64,000 bases of DNA from an uncultured Gammaproteobacteria bacterium (GCA_964356225.1 CAYHGA010000001.1:29573-93572), one strand, 5' to 3'; counted from the stretch's first letter, positions 27,824-40,191 are shown. Notes: generated from the letters alone by a model not told the origin. Numbers and translations are program-made.

Positions 27824-29309
27824 TTATAGTATCGCCAATCTTGAAGTCAACAGGAGGAAAGAAAACGGCTCCGAATTCCTGACCGGTTTTGATTTTTTCA
27901 ACTTCGGTTTTGCCGACTTTAAGTGATTTAATTTTAGTAATTTTATCAACCACCCGAATCGAATCGGTCTTGAGTATCTCCCCTTCTATACATTTGCTAC
28001 CAGCTACCTGGAGGTTGCCTATTTTAAACTCGGCCAGAATTTGGGCTCGGCCGGTAATAGTTTCAGTTCCGGGAGAATGGATTAATTTTTCAACAGCGTC
28101 TAACAATTCGTAAATAATTTTAAAATTGCGGATGATAATTTTCTCGGTTTCGGCTAATTTGGCGACGCTCCCAGGAATTTTGACGCTGAAACCCACCAGA
28201 TGAGCGTTGATGGACTGAGCCATTGAGACGTCCGACTCGGTGATGTCTCCCGTGCTGGAGAAAACAACTTCGATTTCAGCAGGCAAAGCAGCCAAAACTG
28301 CTTCGAGGGAACCGAGAGTGTCGGCCTTGAGAATGAGTTTGACTTCTCCGGGTACCTCACCCTTTCGTCCCTCTCCTAATTTCTCGCTAGCTCGTGGCTG
28401 TGCCGCAGGAGAGGGAAATAGTATGGAACCGACGGGGATGACGGAGGTGAGGCCCAGTATTTCAACTGGGGTAGAAGGCAAGGCAGGATCGACGGACAGA
28501 GCTTTGGCCTTGCCGACTAATTTATCTAAAAATAATTCCTGACCGGTTTTCAGAGTGCCGTTTTTGACGATAACGACGGCCAGAGGACCGCGACGGGTAT
28601 CAAGGTGAGACTCTAAAACCACGGCCTCGAGAGGAGCGGAGGGATCGGAAGTTGGAGGTTGGAGGCTAGAAACCAAATTAATCATCTCCAAAAGTTCCGG
28701 GAGGCCGGCGCCGGTTTTGGCAGATACGGGTACTACGGGCACGTCTCCTCCGAAACCCTCAACTAAAACTTCATTTTCGGCTAATTGGGATTTGATGGTA
28801 TCTATGGAGGCGCCGGGAAGGTCCATTTTATTAATGGCGACTATCATAGGAATGCTTGCGGCTTTGATAGTGGCAATGGATTCCTTAGTTTGGGGCATGA
28901 CTCCATCTACGGCAGAAACTACCAAGATAGCAATATCAGCAATATCGGCTCCCCGGCTGCGCATCTGAGAAAAAGCAGCATGCCCAGGCGTATCAATAAA
29001 TGTAATATTGTTTACTTGAAAAGCTCTGGTGCTTTGAGTTATGCCACCGACCTCATGGGCGGCAACATCGGATTTACGTAGAGCGTCAAGAAGGGAAGTT
29101 TTGCCATGGTCTACATGGCCCAAAATGACGACGATCGGTGGTCTGTTTTGCATTTCATTCTTTCTTTTCGGAGGTGCCTTTTTCACCAACGATATCGATA
29201 TGATATCCGGTAAGCTTGCCGGCCAGTTTGGCGTTTTGACCTTCACGGCCAATGGCGAGAGATAGTTGGTCGGCAGGAGCCGTGACAACTGCTTCGGCTT
29301 TTTTGGCAT
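27795..29309 (-). CDS. infB: Translation initiation factor IF-2 (short form)
   Basis: G domain ([12 protein letters not shown]) plus the downstream IF-2 domains. The ORF track start overlaps nusA by 155 nt; the real start is probably the Met of [13 protein letters not shown] near 29153. Confidence 0.9.
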   Translation of the reverse strand: MPKKPKQLSRLLPTNYLSPLAVKVKTPNWPASLPDIISISLVKKAPPKRKNEMQNRPPIVVILGHVDHGKTSLLDALRKSDVAAHEVGGITQSTRAFQVNNITFIDTPGHAAFSQMRSRGADIADIAILVVSAVDGVMPQTKESIATIKAASIPMIVAINKMDLPGASIDTIKSQLAENEVLVEGFGGDVPVVPVSAKTGAGLPELLEMINLVSSLQPPTSDPSAPLEAVVLESHLDTRRGPLAVVIVKNGTLKTGQELFLDKLVGKAKALSVDPALPSTPVEILGLTSVIPVGSILFPSPAAQPRASEKLGEGRKGEVPGEVKLILKADTLGSLEAVLAALPAEIEVVFSSTGDITESDVSMAQSINAHLVGFSVKIPGSVAKLAETEKIIIRNFKIIYELLDAVEKLIHSPGTETITGRAQILAEFKIGNLQVAGSKCIEGEILKTDSIRVVDKITKIKSLKVGKTEVEKIKTGQEFGAVFFPPVDFKIGDTIIAVTIHGAS

Positions 29310-30147
29310 TGATTTTGACTGTCAGGCCAGTGGCTGGAGAGAGAGCGGAAGCGATAAATTTATCCGTTTCTTCACTAAATTGGATAATGTCGATTTTTTC
29401 GCCGTTGAGCTCACCGATGACAGCCTGAACCCGGACCCCTTTTTGGCCCACGCAAGAACCAACCGGGTCGACGCCGGACTGATGAGAGTAAACGGCAATT
29501 TTAGTGCGGGATCCGGGGTCACGGGCAATAACTTTGACTTCTACAGCTCCGGAATTAACTTCGGGGACTTCCCTTTTGAAAAGTTCTTTGATGAGGCCGG
29601 TGTTGGCCCGGGAAACAATCACTTCCCGACCGCGCAAAGAGTCACGGATGGAATCCAGGTAGAAAGTTAAACGCTGGTTGATGTGATAGTCTTCGGAATA
29701 GACTTGTTCGGCAGGAGGCATAACCGCTTCGGTTTTGCCAATGTCTACAATAATATCGTTACCGACGAAGCGGAGGATCATACCATTGACCAAAGCGCCC
29801 AGGCGTTTTTCGTATTCGGCAACTGTAGCTGATTTTTCGGCTTCGCGGATTTTTTGGAGAATAACCTGCTTAGCGGTTTGGGCAGCAATGCGGCCAAAGC
29901 CGGGAGGCGTGATATCGGTTTTCTTCTTGTTATCAATTACGTAAACCTTGGCTTCTCCGGATTGGGAATTGAGGTCCACGTCGTAAGTTTTGGTCTCGTC
30001 GTACTGACCAGGGTGATCTTTCCTGAAAGCGGCGATAATGGCTTGTTTAATGGTATCCAAAACCACTTCCGGGTCCAGGTTGCGTTCGTGCGCCACCTGA
30101 TTTAAAGCGGAAGCAAATTCAGTTCTTGCTTGTAAAACTTTGGCCAT
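29155..30147 (-). CDS. nusA: Transcription termination/antitermination factor NusA (short, no C-terminal AR repeats)
   Basis: N-terminal domain, S1 and two KH domains; 330 aa. Confidence 0.88.
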   Translation of the reverse strand: MAKVLQARTEFASALNQVAHERNLDPEVVLDTIKQAIIAAFRKDHPGQYDETKTYDVDLNSQSGEAKVYVIDNKKKTDITPPGFGRIAAQTAKQVILQKIREAEKSATVAEYEKRLGALVNGMILRFVGNDIIVDIGKTEAVMPPAEQVYSEDYHINQRLTFYLDSIRDSLRGREVIVSRANTGLIKELFKREVPEVNSGAVEVKVIARDPGSRTKIAVYSHQSGVDPVGSCVGQKGVRVQAVIGELNGEKIDIIQFSEETDKFIASALSPATGLTVKINAKKAEAVVTAPADQLSLAIGREGQNAKLAGKLTGYHIDIVGEKGTSEKKE

Positions 30148-30163
30148 ATAGTGGCCAATTTTA

Positions 30164-31015
30164 TCACTCTTCTGCGAATTCTTCTAGGAGCTCTTTTTGA
30201 CGACGAGAAAGGTGGGAGGGAAGGCCGATGACCAGGCGGATGTAGAAGTCGCCACGATTGGCGCGGGACAGGGCGTGGAGCTGGGGGGCACCCTTACCGG
30301 ACAATCTAACCATGGTCCCCGGTTGAGTACCGGGGCGGATTTTGAGCTTGAGATTTTCTTCCAGGGTGGGTACTGAAGTGGTGCCACCGAGAATAGCCAA
30401 AGTGAAAGGAATTTTGTGGTCTATATATATGTCTGCCCCGTCGCGACGAAAAACCGGGTCGGACTCGACTTCGAAAGTAATATCAAATTCGGTAAAGCGC
30501 AAGTGAGTCCCAGTATCGGCACCGGCGGGAATTTTGATGGCGTGAGTTTTGCCGTCGATGGTGACGCTTTCGGTCCCGCCCTTAATGGCTGTCATAAAGG
30601 GAATGCGCAGAGAATAGTGGGGTTTGGCGGGCCGGCTGCGGCCAAAGGGCGAAGCGCCACCAAAAAACTGTTCAAAGATTTCAAATGGATCTCCCATATC
30701 TCCAAAGGGGTTTTCTCCGCCGGGAGTGGAGTATGAATATTGGAACGGACCTTGCTGTTGGAAACCACCAAAACCTCCAAAACCGGGCCCGCCGGGCGGA
30801 GTGTGACCAAATTGATCGTATGTTTGTTTCTTTTGAGAATCAGATAGAATCTGATAGGCTTCGTTAATTTCTTTAAATTTGGCTTCGGCTTCGGGGGATT
30901 TGTTTTTGTCGGGATGCCACTGCATGGCCATCTTGCGGTAAGCCGATTTAATCTCGGCGTCGGAAGCGTTTTTAGAAACACCCAAGACGTCGTAATAATC
31001 TCTCTTTGCAGCCAT
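30164..31015 (-). CDS. J-domain chaperone (DnaJ class B/CbpA-like, no zinc-finger domain)
   Basis: J domain with HPD (YRKMAMQWHPDKN), a G/F-rich region and C-terminal substrate-binding domains. There are no CxxCxGxG repeats. Confidence 0.75.
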   Translation of the reverse strand: MAAKRDYYDVLGVSKNASDAEIKSAYRKMAMQWHPDKNKSPEAEAKFKEINEAYQILSDSQKKQTYDQFGHTPPGGPGFGGFGGFQQQGPFQYSYSTPGGENPFGDMGDPFEIFEQFFGGASPFGRSRPAKPHYSLRIPFMTAIKGGTESVTIDGKTHAIKIPAGADTGTHLRFTEFDITFEVESDPVFRRDGADIYIDHKIPFTLAILGGTTSVPTLEENLKLKIRPGTQPGTMVRLSGKGAPQLHALSRANRGDFYIRLVIGLPSHLSRRQKELLEEFAEE

Positions 31016-31017
31016 AG

Positions 31018-33225
31018 TTGTACTGGCAATTGTACCCCAAGACTGCTAATGATGCCAGTGTGTTAAAATTACGTGCTATGGCTGCGGATATAAAGACTAC
31101 TAATAGGATAGTGCCGTTGGATCGGGTGCGGAATATTGGCATAATTGCCCATATCGACGCCGGAAAAACGACGACTACGGAGCGGATTTTGTTTTATACC
31201 GGTAAATCCTACAAGATCGGAGATATTGATGAAGGCGACACGCAAATGGACTGGATGGAACAGGAGCGGGAACGGGGAATTACCATTGTCTCTGCGGCCA
31301 CGACGACGTTTTGGACTGTAAACGACCCGGTTTCCCCTGTCGAGACCGGCTCGTACCGGATTAATATCATTGACACCCCGGGGCATGTGGACTTTACGGC
31401 GGAAGTAGAAAGATCTTTGCGGGTTTTGGACGGAGCAGTGACTGTACTGGATGCAGAAGAAACTGTGCAATCGCAGACGGAAACGGTGTGGCGGCAGGCG
31501 GATAAATATAAAGTGCCGCGGATAATTTTTGTGAATAAGGTGGATAAGCTGGGAGCGAATTTTGAAGGGACAGTAAAAGCCGTTATCGATAGATTGGGGG
31601 CCAACCCGGCAGTGATGGCTTATCCGATCGGAGCTGAAAATACTTTCCGGGGGGTGGTCTTGCTACTGGAAAGAAAAGCTTTGATTTGGCAGGGTGACGA
31701 GACCGGGGCCAAGTTTGTGGAAGAAGAAGTGCCAGCAGATATGAAAGAGGTGGTAGAGAAATGGCGGACTAAACTTATCGAGCAAATTTCAGAAACAGAT
31801 GATGGTCTGTTAAACAAATTTCTGGCAGGAGAAGAGCCGGGTATCGCTGAACTGAAAGCAGCACTACGCCGGGCAACGATTGCTTATAAATTGGTGCCGA
31901 TGTATTCCGGAGCCAGCCTTCGCAACAAGGGAGTACAGCCGCTTTTGGACGCGGTCGTAGAATTTTTGCCGTCACCGGTGGATATTGATCATGTCAAAGG
32001 TTTAAACCCTAAAACCGGGGGAGAAGAAATAAGAAAAACCATTAATGAGGAAAAATTTTGCGGGTTGGCTTTTAAGATCCAGACCGATCCCCACGTGGGC
32101 CGGCTGACGTATTTAAGAATTTATTCGGGTAAATTAGAAGCAGGACAGGGTTTGTATAATGCCTCCAAGGATAAAGAAGAACGGATTTCGCGGATGCTTC
32201 TAATGCACGCTAATAAACGGGAAGAGATTGACGCGGCATACGCGGGAGAGATTGTAGCTTTGGTAGGATTACGGGAAACGAGTACAGGACATACTCTGTG
32301 TGACAAAAGCGCACCAATTATACTCGAGTCTATTACGTTTCCAGAACCAGTTATCTCGCTGGCTATTGAGCCAAAAACCAAACAAGATCAGGAAAAGATG
32401 GGGTTGGCTTTGAATAAATTATCCGATGAAGACCCAACTTTCAGGATTAAATCGAATTTGGAAACCGGGCAAACGATTATTTCGGGCATGGGAGAGCTGC
32501 ACTTGGAAATTATTGTGGACCGGATGAAACGGGAATTTGGAGTAGAGGCCGCCACCGGCGCCCCGCAGGTTGCGTATAAAGAAACTATTAGAAAAACCGC
32601 GGAGGCAGAAGGTAAGTACATTAAACAGTCCGGCGGACATGGCCAGTATGGTCACTGCTGGATTAAACTGGAACCCCTTCCCCGGGGCAGCGGGTTTGAG
32701 TTTGAAAATGACATCAAAGGGGGTGCCATTCCTTCTGAATTTATTCCGGCAATTGAAAAAGGAATTAAAGAGGCTATGGAAAACGGAGTCCTGGCAGGGT
32801 TCCCGGCGGTGGATATTAAAATTTCCCTGTATGACGGGACTTATCACGACGTGGACTCTTCGGAGATGGCGTTTAAGATCGCCGGGTCGATGGCTTTTCA
32901 ACACGGAGTGAAGCTGGCTGATCCATGCTTGCTGGAGCCAATTATGAAAGTGGAAGTGTCTACCCCGGAGGAATATATGGGGGACGTAATCGGCGACTTA
33001 TCCAGCAAGCGGGCACAAATTTTGGGAACGGACAAGCGGGGACACCTAACGATCATCAATGCTTACGTGCCTTTAGCTGAACTTTCTGGATATTCCACCA
33101 AGCTGCGGTCTATGTCTGCCGGCCGGGCCACCTATTATATGGAGCCGTCACACTACGAAGAGGTACCGAAGAATATTGCCGAGAACATCATTGCTAAATC
33201 TGGTAAAGTAGCGGCAAATGCTTAA
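31018..33225 (+). CDS. fusA: Elongation factor G
   Basis: [15 protein letters not shown] domain plus EF-G domains II–V. The probable start is MAADIK near 31078. Confidence 0.93.
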   Translation: MYWQLYPKTANDASVLKLRAMAADIKTTNRIVPLDRVRNIGIIAHIDAGKTTTTERILFYTGKSYKIGDIDEGDTQMDWMEQERERGITIVSAATTTFWTVNDPVSPVETGSYRINIIDTPGHVDFTAEVERSLRVLDGAVTVLDAEETVQSQTETVWRQADKYKVPRIIFVNKVDKLGANFEGTVKAVIDRLGANPAVMAYPIGAENTFRGVVLLLERKALIWQGDETGAKFVEEEVPADMKEVVEKWRTKLIEQISETDDGLLNKFLAGEEPGIAELKAALRRATIAYKLVPMYSGASLRNKGVQPLLDAVVEFLPSPVDIDHVKGLNPKTGGEEIRKTINEEKFCGLAFKIQTDPHVGRLTYLRIYSGKLEAGQGLYNASKDKEERISRMLLMHANKREEIDAAYAGEIVALVGLRETSTGHTLCDKSAPIILESITFPEPVISLAIEPKTKQDQEKMGLALNKLSDEDPTFRIKSNLETGQTIISGMGELHLEIIVDRMKREFGVEAATGAPQVAYKETIRKTAEAEGKYIKQSGGHGQYGHCWIKLEPLPRGSGFEFENDIKGGAIPSEFIPAIEKGIKEAMENGVLAGFPAVDIKISLYDGTYHDVDSSEMAFKIAGSMAFQHGVKLADPCLLEPIMKVEVSTPEEYMGDVIGDLSSKRAQILGTDKRGHLTIINAYVPLAELSGYSTKLRSMSAGRATYYMEPSHYEEVPKNIAENIIAKSGKVAANA

Positions 33226-33793
33226 GTGGATTGTCATAATTTTGGTTTTAATAGGCGGAATGATATGGCTGGTAAGTGGACAGGGAAGTTTGCCGGGGGA
33301 AATGGTTGTAGATCAGGGGCGGGAACATTGGGAACACGCCAAACTGGATGAGTTTAAGTACAATTCTAATCCCCCGGTTTCCGGGCCCCATGATGTCGAT
33401 TGGATCCGCCCCGGGATTTACGGCGAGGTGCAGGATAAATATAAATTACTGCACTCACTGGAGCATGGATATATCGTCGCCCACTATAATTGTGGGCTCC
33501 AAATTTCTAATTTTCAATTTTTAATTTTTAATGCTAGTGCACATGAAGATAATGGAGTAGCAACGGATAGCGGGACAGTTAAAACTAATTGCGCGCTGGG
33601 GCAGACTTTGGGAGATTTTGCCAAGAAAATGACACTGTTTAAAATAATCGTGGCGCCAAATCCGACAATTGATAAACCCATAATTATGACGGCGTGGGGC
33701 AGAATGCTAAAAATGGACGCTTGGGACGAAAAGCAGGCGGAAAAGTTTGTAAAAGCCTTCCGCAATAAAGGCCCAGAAGCTACAATGGAGTAG
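33218..33793 (+). CDS. DUF3105-family membrane protein
   Basis: N-terminal TM helix, then NPPVSGPHD ... [19 protein letters not shown]. The HxxEHG motif is the DUF3105 signature. Confidence 0.55.
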   Translation: MLKWIVIILVLIGGMIWLVSGQGSLPGEMVVDQGREHWEHAKLDEFKYNSNPPVSGPHDVDWIRPGIYGEVQDKYKLLHSLEHGYIVAHYNCGLQISNFQFLIFNASAHEDNGVATDSGTVKTNCALGQTLGDFAKKMTLFKIIVAPNPTIDKPIIMTAWGRMLKMDAWDEKQAEKFVKAFRNKGPEATME

Positions 33794-33794
33794 T

Positions 33795-34355
33795 ATGGCT
33801 GAACCGGGGTACAAGTCACTACTTTCCTATAAGCTTGCTCAAATTGCTTTTGATTTGGGATGGGGGTTTGTGCCCCTTTACTACTGTAAATACGAAGACA
33901 ACCGCCAACGCGATCAGATCAAACAGGCTTTACGCTCGTTAAAACAAAACATCGTAGAGGGTTCTTCCGAAAGAAGTCTTTCTACTAAACTAAAGCTTTA
34001 CGATGTAGCCAAAGCCTCAGGCATGGAAGCTCGAGAAGATTTTGAGGATATTCTGCGACGTATGGGGCTATCGCGCTGGAGCAAAGATGATTCCCGACTG
34101 GCTAAAACCCGGAAGATTTTTGAGTCTTCTCCTTCTATTTCCCCCTCACTTCTCCCTATTTCCCTCTGGGTAACCAAGAAGGAAAAAGAAGGAAGAGAGG
34201 GATTAGAGGAAATAGTAAATTATGAACTGGATCTGCTAATCCGCTGTGGATATTTACTAGATCAGCAAATCCGGGCGGTAGAGAAAAAGCACATGGAAGA
34301 GGGCGGATACTCCGAAAAACTACTTAGAAAGCGCTTAGAGTATCGCAGATCGTGA
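33795..34355 (+). CDS. Four-helix-bundle protein (23S rRNA IVS-protein-like), extended C-terminus
   Basis: QNIVEGSSERSLSTKLKLYDVAKASGMEAREDFE resembles the NIAEG...ARGS..E block of TIGR02436-type four-helix-bundle proteins. Confidence 0.4.
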   Translation: MAEPGYKSLLSYKLAQIAFDLGWGFVPLYYCKYEDNRQRDQIKQALRSLKQNIVEGSSERSLSTKLKLYDVAKASGMEAREDFEDILRRMGLSRWSKDDSRLAKTRKIFESSPSISPSLLPISLWVTKKEKEGREGLEEIVNYELDLLIRCGYLLDQQIRAVEKKHMEEGGYSEKLLRKRLEYRRS

Positions 34356-34417
34356 ATAATGGAGTGAATTTCCCCCTTGCGTAGAAAAAAGTTATCGTTT
34401 AGAATTGAGAGCGTCGT

Positions 34418-35596
34418 ATGGCTACATTTGTGAGAAATAAACCACATGTGAATATCGGAACCATTGGTCACGTGGATCACGGGAAGACGACTTTGACGTC
34501 GGCTATTACCATGGTTCTCGCTAAAAAAGGAATGGCCACCGCTAAGAAATATGAGGAAATTGATTCAGCTCCGGAAGAAAAAGCCCGCGGAGTAACTATT
34601 AATCTTTCCCATCAAGAATACGAAACCGAAAAGAGGCATTACGCTCACATTGACGCTCCGGGTCACGCAGACTACATCAAAAATATGATTACGGGGGCCG
34701 CCCAGATGGACGGAGCTATTTTGGTGGTCTCGGCTCCAGACGGACCCATGCCCCAAACCCGGGAGCATATTCTGTTGGCCAAACAGGTAAATGTGCCCGC
34801 AATCGTGGTGTTTTTGAATAAGTGTGACATGGTGGATGATGCAGAACTTCTGGATCTAGTGGAAATGGAAGTCCGGGAACTGTTAACTAAGTACGGATTC
34901 CCCGGCAACGAGGTACCCATAATCCGCGGGTCGGCTCTGAAAGCTACCGAAGGAGATGCCAAGGCAGAGGAAGCAATTTTAGAGTTGATTAAGAAAGTGG
35001 ATGAATATATTCCAGACCCAGTGCGGGAACTAGACAAGCCGTTCTTGATGCCAGTCGAGGACGTCTTTTCTATTAAGGGCCGGGGAACGGTGGTGACGGG
35101 GAGAATTGAGCGCGGAAAGGTGAAGATTAACGAAACGATCGAGATTGTGGGAATCAAGGCTACGCAGACTACGGTGGTTACGGGTGTAGAAATGTTTAGA
35201 AAACAACTGGACGAAGGGTTGGCCGGAGACAACGTGGGTATATTGCTAAGAGGAATTGAAAAAGATCAGGTAGAGAGAGGCCAAGTATTGGCCAAGCCAG
35301 GAACGATTACTCCACATACAGAATTCGATGCCGAAGTATACGTCCTGACTAAAGAAGAGGGGGGAAGGCATACTTCTTTCTTCTCCGGATACCGACCTCA
35401 ATTCTTCATCCGAACCACGGACGTGACGGGTGAAGTAACATTGGCAACCGGAGTGGAAATGGTGATGCCGGGAGACAATGCTAAAGTGAAAGTAAAGCTA
35501 ATTGCTCCAGTAGCTTTGGAAGAGGGACTGCGGTTTGCTATCCGTGAAGGCGGCAAGACCGTGGGAGCAGGCGCGGTGACCAAGATCATCGCTTAA
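34418..35596 (+). CDS. tuf: Elongation factor Tu
   Basis: [15 protein letters not shown]; full-length 392 aa. Confidence 0.95.
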   Translation: MATFVRNKPHVNIGTIGHVDHGKTTLTSAITMVLAKKGMATAKKYEEIDSAPEEKARGVTINLSHQEYETEKRHYAHIDAPGHADYIKNMITGAAQMDGAILVVSAPDGPMPQTREHILLAKQVNVPAIVVFLNKCDMVDDAELLDLVEMEVRELLTKYGFPGNEVPIIRGSALKATEGDAKAEEAILELIKKVDEYIPDPVRELDKPFLMPVEDVFSIKGRGTVVTGRIERGKVKINETIEIVGIKATQTTVVTGVEMFRKQLDEGLAGDNVGILLRGIEKDQVERGQVLAKPGTITPHTEFDAEVYVLTKEEGGRHTSFFSGYRPQFFIRTTDVTGEVTLATGVEMVMPGDNAKVKVKLIAPVALEEGLRFAIREGGKTVGAGAVTKIIA

Positions 35597-35613
35597 TTTT
35601 CAAGCACCTTAAT

Positions 35614-35922
35614 ATGGCAAAAGGAAGACTACGTGTCCGCTTAAAGTCTTTTGACCATCGAGTCATTGACGAAACGGCGGCCAAAATACTAGAAACAGCT
35701 CTGGCTACCGGAGCTAAAGTTTCGGGACCTATTCCTTTGCCGACTGACCGAAAATTAATAGTAGTAACCTCTTCACCTCATGTAGATAAAAATGCCCGGG
35801 AACACTTCGAGATGCTGGTGCACAAAAGATTGATAGATATTCTGGATCCCACCCCTAAGACAATTGAATCTCTCTCCAATTTGGAACTGCCCGCGGGAGT
35901 GGATATTGAGATTAAGATGTAA
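35614..35922 (+). CDS. rpsJ: 30S ribosomal protein S10
   Basis: 102-aa S10. Confidence 0.93.
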   Translation: MAKGRLRVRLKSFDHRVIDETAAKILETALATGAKVSGPIPLPTDRKLIVVTSSPHVDKNAREHFEMLVHKRLIDILDPTPKTIESLSNLELPAGVDIEIKM

Positions 35923-35925
35923 GTC

Positions 35926-35934
35926 TGGTATAAT
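35926..35934 (+). promoter_or_regulatory. Extended -10 promoter-like element (TGGTATAAT) directly after the rpsJ stop
   Basis: TGnTATAAT read directly from the sequence, about 70 nt upstream of the hairpin/T-tract. Confidence 0.3.
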
Positions 35935-35936
35935 GG

Positions 35937-36572
35937 TTGCACTGTCGTGATTACAGTACGCATACTGCGGTTAACGTAAGTGCGGAAGGGACTTGTTTAT
36001 TGAAGTGCCGTCCGGCACTTTTTTTATTGCACAGCATAGACATGCTAAACACTATATTTGCCAAAAAAAAGGAGATGAGCATGAGGTACACTCCTGACGG
36101 GAGACAGCTAGGCGTGACTGTACTGTCTATATTACCGGCTACTGAAGCCGGTTCACGCACAAAAGAAAAACATGGATATGAGGCGAAACAACTCAAAATT
36201 CAAATGTCAAAATTTAAAACTATAATAAGAGAAGTCCGCGATTCAAAAGAGGCGGACTTTTTAGTTGGGGACGTGGTGCAGGTGAAGGGGATTTCCAAAG
36301 GCAAGGGATGGGCGGGAGCGGTGAAAAGACATGGATTTGCGGGCGGACCGAGAACTCATGGTCAATCAGATAGAGAAAGGGCGCCAGGATCAAGTGGACA
36401 AACTACAACTCCGGGACGGGTGCTGCGGGGAAAAAGAATGGCAGGACGGATGGGGGGAGAAACCGTGACGGTAAAGGGGTTGAAGATTCTGGATATTAAC
36501 GAAAAAGAGATGGCGGTTATTGGCGCAGTCCCCGGACACCGGGGATCTTTTGTAACTGTTTCAAAAATATGA
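35937..36572 (+). CDS. rplC: 50S ribosomal protein L3
   Basis: L3 sequence. The true start is probably MLNTIFAKK at about 36042, downstream of the hairpin. Confidence 0.9.
   Translation: MHCRDYSTHTAVNVSAEGTCLLKCRPALFLLHSIDMLNTIFAKKKEMSMRYTPDGRQLGVTVLSILPATEAGSRTKEKHGYEAKQLKIQMSKFKTIIREVRDSKEADFLVGDVVQVKGISKGKGWAGAVKRHGFAGGPRTHGQSDRERAPGSSGQTTTPGRVLRGKRMAGRMGGETVTVKGLKILDINEKEMAVIGAVPGHRGSFVTVSKI
36003..36026 (+). terminator. Intrinsic-terminator-like hairpin plus T7 tract between rpsJ and rplC
   Basis: AGTGCC-GTCC-GGCACT followed by TTTTTTT, about 15 nt upstream of the rplC ATG. Confidence 0.5.
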
Positions 36573-37183
36573 TTTCAGCAATAACTTATAACTTGAAGGG
36601 AGAAAAAGTCGAGTCAACTCCCCTGCCCGGCTCCATTTTTGAAATTAAAGTCGAGCCGGCACTGCTAGCACAGGCGGTGCGGGTGTGGCTATCTAACCAG
36701 CGGCGGGCCGGAGCGTCTACAAAAACCAGGAGTGAAGTCGCTAAGACTACGGCTAAGCCGTATAAACAAAAAGGCACGGGTAGAGCGAGACATGGCAGCT
36801 CGGCCGCCCCGATATTTGTGGGCGGGGGAATTGCTCATGGACCAAGCGGGGAACAAAACTACAAAATGACAATGCCGGCTAAAATGAGGAGACTGGCTCT
36901 GCTGGGGGCTTTGTCGGCAAAAGCTGAGGCTAAACAAATTATGGTAGTTACTGGAGCCGAGAAGGCCAGCGGAAAAACAAAGCAAGTGAGTTGGCTGGCA
37001 GATGGAAGGTGTCTAGTGGTAACCGCCAGCGGCCAAGATAAATTCAAACAAGCCACGCGGAATTTAAATGCCGCTCAATTAAGCGGCGTGAGCAGCTTGT
37101 CTGCCTACACGGTGCTAGCTCACAAACGGCTGATATTAACCAAGGAAACGTTAGCTGAAATTAAAAAAACATATGCTGCTTAA
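36569..37183 (+). CDS. rplD: 50S ribosomal protein L4
   Basis: L4 family sequence; overlaps rplC by 4 nt. Confidence 0.92.
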   Translation: MISAITYNLKGEKVESTPLPGSIFEIKVEPALLAQAVRVWLSNQRRAGASTKTRSEVAKTTAKPYKQKGTGRARHGSSAAPIFVGGGIAHGPSGEQNYKMTMPAKMRRLALLGALSAKAEAKQIMVVTGAEKASGKTKQVSWLADGRCLVVTASGQDKFKQATRNLNAAQLSGVSSLSAYTVLAHKRLILTKETLAEIKKTYAA

Positions 37184-37448
37184 AGCCGTGGTCACTGAAA
37201 AATCTATGAGAGAGGCCCAAAATAAAAGGTACACTTTTGCGGTGACTCCGGAGGCAACTAAGCCGAAAATAAGAAAGGCGGTAGAGGAAATGTTTGGGGT
37301 GGAAGTGCTAAGAGTGCAAACTCTGATTATGCCCGGTAAGTCCCGGCGCAGCCGACGGATGGGTGGAGAAACCACGGCTCCGGACTGGAAAAAAGCGATA
37401 GTACATATTAATTCTAAACAGAGCATTGACCTATGGAAAAAAGATTAA
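37173..37448 (+). CDS. rplW: 50S ribosomal protein L23
   Basis: 91-aa L23. Confidence 0.92.
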   Translation: MLLKAVVTEKSMREAQNKRYTFAVTPEATKPKIRKAVEEMFGVEVLRVQTLIMPGKSRRSRRMGGETTAPDWKKAIVHINSKQSIDLWKKD

Positions 37449-38173
37449 CTTGGACTTTACCTAAAAACTCCGGCCGGAATTCTACCGGGGTGGTGACTAC
37501 CCGGCATCAGGGAGCCAGAGAAAAGAGACGCTACCGGGATATTGATTGGAAACGGGATAAGCGGGATGTGCCGGGACGAGTGGTGGCTATCGAGTACGAT
37601 CCAAACCGCACGGCTGATGTGGCTTTGATCCAATACGCGGACGGGGCCAGAAAATATATCCTGGCACCGGATGGAATGAAAGCGGGACAACGGGTAGTGA
37701 GCGGAGAAGCCGCCCCACTGACTGCGGGAAACGCTTTGCCCTTGAAAGCAATTCCGGTGGGCACAATGATACACTGTCTAGAGGTAACGGTTGGCCGAGG
37801 GGCAAAACTAGTGCGCGGGGCTGGAGGAGCAGCGGTAATTCAGGGTTTCGAAGAAGGGTGGGCTCTGGTAAAATTGCCATCGGGCGAAATCCGACGCATA
37901 AGGCCCGAAGCGTATGCCACAATTGGGCAAATCGGTAATTTAGTCTGGAAGAATGTAAATCTGGGCACGGCGGGAAGAAAGAGGCATATGGGAATCCGGC
38001 CAACTGTCCGGGGAACGGCACAAAATCCCAGGTCCCATCCTCACGGCGGCGGAGAGGGTCGGTCTGGAGAGGGAATGCATCCCAAGACGCCGTGGGGTAG
38101 ATCAGCCAGAGGGAATAGGACCAGAAATAAATTTAAATATTCGCACAAGATGGTTGTGCAAAGACGCAAATGA
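37433..38173 (+). CDS. rplB: 50S ribosomal protein L2
   Basis: L2 with the conserved C-terminal GGGEG...HP region. Confidence 0.94.
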   Translation: MEKRLTWTLPKNSGRNSTGVVTTRHQGAREKRRYRDIDWKRDKRDVPGRVVAIEYDPNRTADVALIQYADGARKYILAPDGMKAGQRVVSGEAAPLTAGNALPLKAIPVGTMIHCLEVTVGRGAKLVRGAGGAAVIQGFEEGWALVKLPSGEIRRIRPEAYATIGQIGNLVWKNVNLGTAGRKRHMGIRPTVRGTAQNPRSHPHGGGEGRSGEGMHPKTPWGRSARGNRTRNKFKYSHKMVVQRRK

Positions 38174-38424
38174 AGGCACCATATATTGATCAGAAATTAA
38201 TGGCCAAGGTGGGTAAAAAAATGAATCCCATCAAGACCTGGGCTAGAAATAGCCAGATACCTCCGGAGTTTGTGGGGACGACTTTTCAGGTGCACGACGG
38301 CCATAAATTTGTGGACGTATTTATCAATGAGTCGATGGTGGGACACCGTTTGGGGGAGTTCTCTCCAACCCGAACATTTAGGGGCCATGGAGCAATAGTT
38401 AAGAGAACCATGGAGAAAACATGA
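38170..38424 (+). CDS. rpsS: 30S ribosomal protein S19
   Basis: 84-aa S19. Confidence 0.93.
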   Translation: MKAPYIDQKLMAKVGKKMNPIKTWARNSQIPPEFVGTTFQVHDGHKFVDVFINESMVGHRLGEFSPTRTFRGHGAIVKRTMEKT

Positions 38425-38780
38425 CGACGGTTAAAGCCAAAGCCAGTTTTATCATGTCCAGTCCACGCAAGTTGCGGCTGGTAGCAGACGCAGTCCGGGG
38501 TTTGTCTCCAAAGACCGCTATCGATCAACTAAAAATGCTTCCTAAAAGAGCCGCCGGAGTATTGCTGTCCGTTTTTGAGCAAGCGATGGGCAATGCAAAA
38601 AATAATTTCAAATTGTCCCCAGAAAATTTGAGAATTAAATCGCTATCGATTAACGATGGGCCGCGGGGGCCAAAACGAATGGACCGGTCTCACGGAGCCA
38701 GATTTGATAGAGGTGTGAAAAGACGAAAGTATGCACATGTTAGTTTAGAGCTGGAGGAAAAAACCGCAGATGGGAAATAA
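38421..38780 (+). CDS. rplV: 50S ribosomal protein L22
   Basis: L22 family. Confidence 0.92.
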   Translation: MTTVKAKASFIMSSPRKLRLVADAVRGLSPKTAIDQLKMLPKRAAGVLLSVFEQAMGNAKNNFKLSPENLRIKSLSINDGPRGPKRMDRSHGARFDRGVKRRKYAHVSLELEEKTADGK

Positions 38781-39429
38781 AGTTAACCCGGTAGGATACC
38801 GGCTACCACTGTCCCCGACTGCAACCTGGAAATCCAGGTGGTTTACTACCAACCCCAAAAAATACCGGGGGTATTTGGCTACGGATGTTAAATTAAGAAA
38901 AGCGCTGATGGAAAAACTTAAAGTGGCCGGAGCAACAAGAGTGAATATTGAAAGATCGCTGAAAAACATGAAGGTGGTGATCTATGTAACCCGCCCGGGG
39001 GTGGTGATTGGGCGGGGGGGGGCGGGAATCGACGAGCTGAAAAAATTCATTTCCAAGACTTTAGGCCGCCAAGATCTAAAAGTGGAACAGCCGCAAATTG
39101 AGGAAGTAAAAATGCCGGACTTGAATGCGCACCTGGTAGCGTCTAAAATTGCCGAGCAAATTGAGCGCAGATTGCCAGCCCGGCGGGTAGCTAAAAAATC
39201 TATCGAACGGACCATGCAGGCGGGAGCAAAAGGCATAAAAGTATTGATTGCCGGCAGAATTAACGGGGCGGAAATTTCCCGACGGGAGCTGTATCACGAA
39301 GGATCGGTGCCGCTACAGACCTTGAGAGCGGATATTGATTACGCCCAAGTACCGGCACTGACCCGCTCCGGATACGTGGGAGTTAAAGTGTGGATTAATC
39401 GAGGAGAAACAAACTATGCTACAACCTAA
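38770..39429 (+). CDS. rpsC: 30S ribosomal protein S3
   Basis: KH domain plus the S3 C-terminal domain. Confidence 0.93.
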   Translation: MGNKVNPVGYRLPLSPTATWKSRWFTTNPKKYRGYLATDVKLRKALMEKLKVAGATRVNIERSLKNMKVVIYVTRPGVVIGRGGAGIDELKKFISKTLGRQDLKVEQPQIEEVKMPDLNAHLVASKIAEQIERRLPARRVAKKSIERTMQAGAKGIKVLIAGRINGAEISRRELYHEGSVPLQTLRADIDYAQVPALTRSGYVGVKVWINRGETNYATT

Positions 39430-39826
39430 AAAACAAAAATACCGAAAACAGTTCCGGGGCCATATGAATGGGTCGGCCAGCCGGGGCAACGCTTTGAGTT
39501 TCGGAGAATACGGCATGAAAGCTATAAGCCGGGGGTGGTTATCAGCAAAGCAAATTGAAGCTGCCAGAAAAGCCATTACTCATTATTCCCAAAGAGGGGG
39601 TAAAGTATGGATTCGGGTTTTTCCAGATAAACCGATTACTAAGAAAGCTCTGGGGACAAGAATGGGTTCTGGTAAGGGGGACATTGTCGATTATGTAGCG
39701 GTAATCACTCCGGGCAGAATTATTTTTGAAATCGCCGGAGTAAGTGAAGATGTAGCCCGAACGGCGTTTGCTAGAGCGATAGCCAAATTACCGTTTAAAT
39801 TCAGGATAATTTCTAAAAATGATTAA
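39416..39826 (+). CDS. rplP: 50S ribosomal protein L16
   Basis: L16 family. Confidence 0.93.
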   Translation: MLQPKKQKYRKQFRGHMNGSASRGNALSFGEYGMKAISRGWLSAKQIEAARKAITHYSQRGGKVWIRVFPDKPITKKALGTRMGSGKGDIVDYVAVITPGRIIFEIAGVSEDVARTAFARAIAKLPFKFRIISKND

Positions 39827-39986
39827 ATTTAAATCCCAAGTTAAAATATTGAATCCTGAGGAGCTGGCGGTCAAGATCAGGGAGCTGGTGACTCAGATCG
39901 CCAGAGCCAGGGTGGAAAAGAAACCGACCCATAAACTGCTTAAACAGTTAGCTATTGTAAAAACATATGCGCGTAATAACCGGTAA
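39819..39986 (+). CDS. rpmC: 50S ribosomal protein L29 (55 aa, below the ORF-track length cutoff)
   Basis: Hand translation gives [55 protein letters not shown]. The ATG overlaps the L16 stop and the stop overlaps the rpsQ start. Confidence 0.8.
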   Translation: MIKFKSQVKILNPEELAVKIRELVTQIARARVEKKPTHKLLKQLAIVKTYARNNR

Positions 39987-40191
39987 AGTCATCTCGGACA
40001 AAATGAATAAAACTGTAGTGGTAGAGGCGGGGCGGTTGGCTGTTCATCCTAAATATCATAAACGGATAAAAAGAACGCAAAAGTTTCATGCCCACAACGA
40101 GCTGGGGGTAAAAGTGGGAGATGTGGTAAAGATTGTAGAGGTTAAGCCGGTTTCGGCAACTAAATCCTGGAAAGTGACTGAAAAAATATGA
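39967..40191 (+). CDS. rpsQ: 30S ribosomal protein S17
   Basis: 74-aa S17. Confidence 0.93.
   Translation: MRVITGKVISDKMNKTVVVEAGRLAVHPKYHKRIKRTQKFHAHNELGVKVGDVVKIVEVKPVSATKSWKVTEKI

Noticed and set aside
31069-32904. Multiple minus-strand ORFs (up to 161 aa) within fusA
   Set aside because: Antisense shadow ORFs of a highly conserved gene.
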